Assembly: GCA_964569215.1 (NCBI GenBank)
Contig: CAZMUU010000002.1
Location: 3,781 to 33,519, forward strand
Source of the DNA: an uncultured Cytophagia bacterium
GTDB taxonomy: Bacteria; Zhuqueibacterota; Zhuqueibacteria; Residuimicrobiales; Oceaniaggregativiventaceae
Length of the DNA: 29,739 nt
Direction of reading: 5' to 3'
Below, piece by piece: positions 27,827 through 29,739 of the stretch. Within the stretch, counting starts at the first letter, position 1, and each line of letters starts with the position of its first letter. Under the pieces are notes generated by a model, which searched no databases, was not told the DNA's origin, and saw nothing but the letters and a program-made list of their open reading frames with translations. A program made the position numbers and the translations under genes.

Positions 27827-28735
27827 ATGAGTAAATATATTTGTATTGTTGTCCTTTTTTTTGTTTCGGCTCAATTCGCCGGGGCGCAAAATGCGGTAGC
27901 GCTGTTTCATCTCTTTTCTTTTGGTGAGCAGGGAGAAAAACCGGGAGACTTGAACGGTCCGATGGGAATAGATGCAGACATGAACGGAAATATCTATGTT
28001 GCGGATACCGGCAACCATCGCATTCAAAAGTTTGATCAAAGTGGACGCCTGATCACTTTTAATGGTGGTTTTGGATGGGGGGTGGAACAGTTTCAGCGCC
28101 CGATGGATATTTTTATTCAAAGCGGTATGGATGTTTTTGTTGCAGATTATGATAACAATCGAATCGAGAGATATGATAAGGATTTACACTGGATACATTC
28201 TATTTCATCAAACCAGAGAGAGGAAGAGCGATTTAATCTGCAGTATCCGGTCTCTCTAATGGCGAGTTTGCATCAGGATTTGTTTGTTATTGATGGAGAA
28301 ATGGCCAAAGTACTCAAATTGAATGCCCAGTTTGAGCCTGAAATGAGTTTCGGAGGCTATGATTGGGGAGAGGGAGCGCTTTATAATCCAAAACAGTGTG
28401 TTATTTCCGGAGAGGATCTACTCTATATTTCGGATCAGAGCAGGCAGAGCATCATGATATTTGATTATTTTGGCAATTATATTTTTGAAATCGGAGCAGA
28501 TACACTAAACAAGCCAACCGGTCTGGATTTATATCAAAACAATATTCTCTGTGTTGCAGAAACTGATCCCCCCTCTTTTTTCTTTTTTACCCTGGAAGGG
28601 AGAAGAATCGATTGCAGCCGGCTGAAAGGTTTTACAGACTCTTTTTTTAGCGATATTACTCTTTTTGGGAATCGTCTTTATGCCGCGGACGTCTATCGCC
28701 ACTGTATCCACGTTTTTGAACTGCGAGTCAATTAA
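27827..28735 (+). CDS. Secreted NHL-repeat (beta-propeller) protein
   Basis: GGAGG precedes the ATG at 27827. It has a signal peptide and NHL repeats (LNGPMGIDADMNGNIYVADTGNHRIQKFD; FQRPMDI...VFVADYDNNRIERYD; LNKPTGLDL). Confidence 0.88.
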   Translation: MSKYICIVVLFFVSAQFAGAQNAVALFHLFSFGEQGEKPGDLNGPMGIDADMNGNIYVADTGNHRIQKFDQSGRLITFNGGFGWGVEQFQRPMDIFIQSGMDVFVADYDNNRIERYDKDLHWIHSISSNQREEERFNLQYPVSLMASLHQDLFVIDGEMAKVLKLNAQFEPEMSFGGYDWGEGALYNPKQCVISGEDLLYISDQSRQSIMIFDYFGNYIFEIGADTLNKPTGLDLYQNNILCVAETDPPSFFFFTLEGRRIDCSRLKGFTDSFFSDITLFGNRLYAADVYRHCIHVFELRVN

Positions 28736-28753
28736 AAAGGTGATGGTAATTTT

Positions 28754-29739
28754 ATGCGGCAGTGGATTTTCATACTTATTTTCTGCGGATCGGGGTACAG
28801 TTTTGCTCAAACCGTAGGCAAAATTGAAAGCTTTTCTCTGTTTGAAAAAGATTTTGTCATTATGGGGCAGGATCGGAAAGGTCCTTATCTTTTGCCGGAC
28901 AGCCTGATCATTGAAAATTCTGAACGGGTGTTTATCGATGGTATCCGACTCTTGGAGTCCGAATATAATTTGAATGCCATAGACGGAGAGATTCGTTTTC
29001 GACAGGTGGTTCCCAGCCGGGCTAAAATCAGGATTGTTTACAAGATATTTCCCTATAAAATCAAAAAAAATTATTACCATCGAAAATTATTCAAACGGGT
29101 TTTCGGTGCCCCGACCGGTACCGCTGAACTGCCGGCAATAGAAGCTGAAACCCCTGAAGAAAACTATGCTTCGCGGCTAAATAAAAGCGGTAGTATTACC
29201 CGGGGGATAACGGTTGGAAACAATCGAGGTCTCAAAGTAAATTCTGCATTGAATATCAACATAAGCGGAGAAATTGCCAGGGATGTAAACGTCACCGCCG
29301 CTTTGACGGATCAGAGTACGCCTATTCAACCTGAAGGTACAACACAAAATCTGCAGGAAATCGATAAAGTTTTTGTCAGAATTAAATCCCCGCATCTTTC
29401 TGCTACCATGGGCGATTATAATGTAGAGTTGCAAGCATCGCGTTTTGCGCAATATAACCGAAAATTACAGGGCGCAATGGGACAGGTGGATTATGGAAAC
29501 ACGAAGGCACTTGCCTCGGTAGCCGTTTCTCGTGGAAAGTATCGCTCCCAGTCTATCCAGGGCAGGGAAGGATACCAGGGGCCATACCAACTAAAGGGAG
29601 ATCAGGGTCAGATTGATATCATCATATTGGCTGGTACCGAACGGGTTTATATTGATGGTGAAGCTATGGTACGTGGTGAGTCCAATGATTATGTAATTGA
29701 TTATGCATCTGAAAGTGCTGAAGTATGGTGTACTCGGTC
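28754..29739 (+). CDS. Large exported/outer-membrane protein of a conserved FCB-group family with SprA-like motifs, 3'-truncated (not in the ORF track)
   Basis: I translated this frame by hand from the ATG at 28754 and it is open to the window end. It has a signal peptide (MRQWIFILIFCGSGYSFA-Q) and the motifs SGSITRGITVGNN, LTDQSTPIQPEGTTQNLQEIDKVF and GPYQL...GTERVYIDG...RGESNDYVIDY. Confidence 0.8.
   Translation, partial: MRQWIFILIFCGSGYSFAQTVGKIESFSLFEKDFVIMGQDRKGPYLLPDSLIIENSERVFIDGIRLLESEYNLNAIDGEIRFRQVVPSRAKIRIVYKIFPYKIKKNYYHRKLFKRVFGAPTGTAELPAIEAETPEENYASRLNKSGSITRGITVGNNRGLKVNSALNINISGEIARDVNVTAALTDQSTPIQPEGTTQNLQEIDKVFVRIKSPHLSATMGDYNVELQASRFAQYNRKLQGAMGQVDYGNTKALASVAVSRGKYRSQSIQGREGYQGPYQLKGDQGQIDIIILAGTERVYIDGEAMVRGESNDYVIDYASESAEVWCTR

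Noticed and set aside
28529-29080. 183-aa minus-strand ORF
   Set aside because: It is antisense to two well-supported plus-strand genes and has no family motifs.
1-29739. CRISPR array, IS/transposase, integrase, intron/intein, or stop-codon recoding (Sec/Pyl)
   Set aside because: I saw no regularly spaced repeats and no mobile-element protein motifs. All recognised proteins are of normal length with uninterrupted code-11 frames.

Overview
This is a densely coding bacterial chromosomal window of mostly housekeeping genes: 29 CDS, of which the first and last are cut by the window edges. I found no rRNA, tRNA, CRISPR array, transposase, integrase or phage gene. Gene content: a sugar-phosphate isomerase/epimerase (partial), a beta-barrel OMP, a rhomboid protease, a MurNAc-L-Ala amidase, a TIGR01212 radical SAM, cysC, sat, trxB, a Nif3-like protein, a nitroreductase, a PTS EIIA, hisS, a TrmH methyltransferase, a CPBP protease, SpoIID/LytB, an atypical receiver protein, nadB, a small membrane protein, an OLD-like ABC ATPase without a nuclease domain, an M20 hydrolase, WbqC, a GT4, Tex, an amidohydrolase lipoprotein, rlmD, an NlpC/P60 lipoprotein, an orphan membrane-anchored protein, an NHL-repeat protein and the start of a large exported protein with SprA-like motifs. 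OMPs and FCB-type genes occur together with strong GGAGG Shine-Dalgarno sites and TTGxxx-N17-TAnnnT promoters. This suggests a diderm FCB-superphylum member outside Bacteroidota, for example KSB1 or Calditrichota (inference only). The best leads are: (1) the membrane protein plus nuclease-less OLD-type ATPase pair at 16529-17978; (2) a GC-rich, multi-stem, possibly pseudoknotted intergenic element at 514-650; (3) an NHL/SprA-like operon behind a sigma-54-like site; (4) a probable leaderless nadB transcript; (5) a G9 tract in the NlpC/P60 gene. No clearly new system can be proven from the sequence alone.
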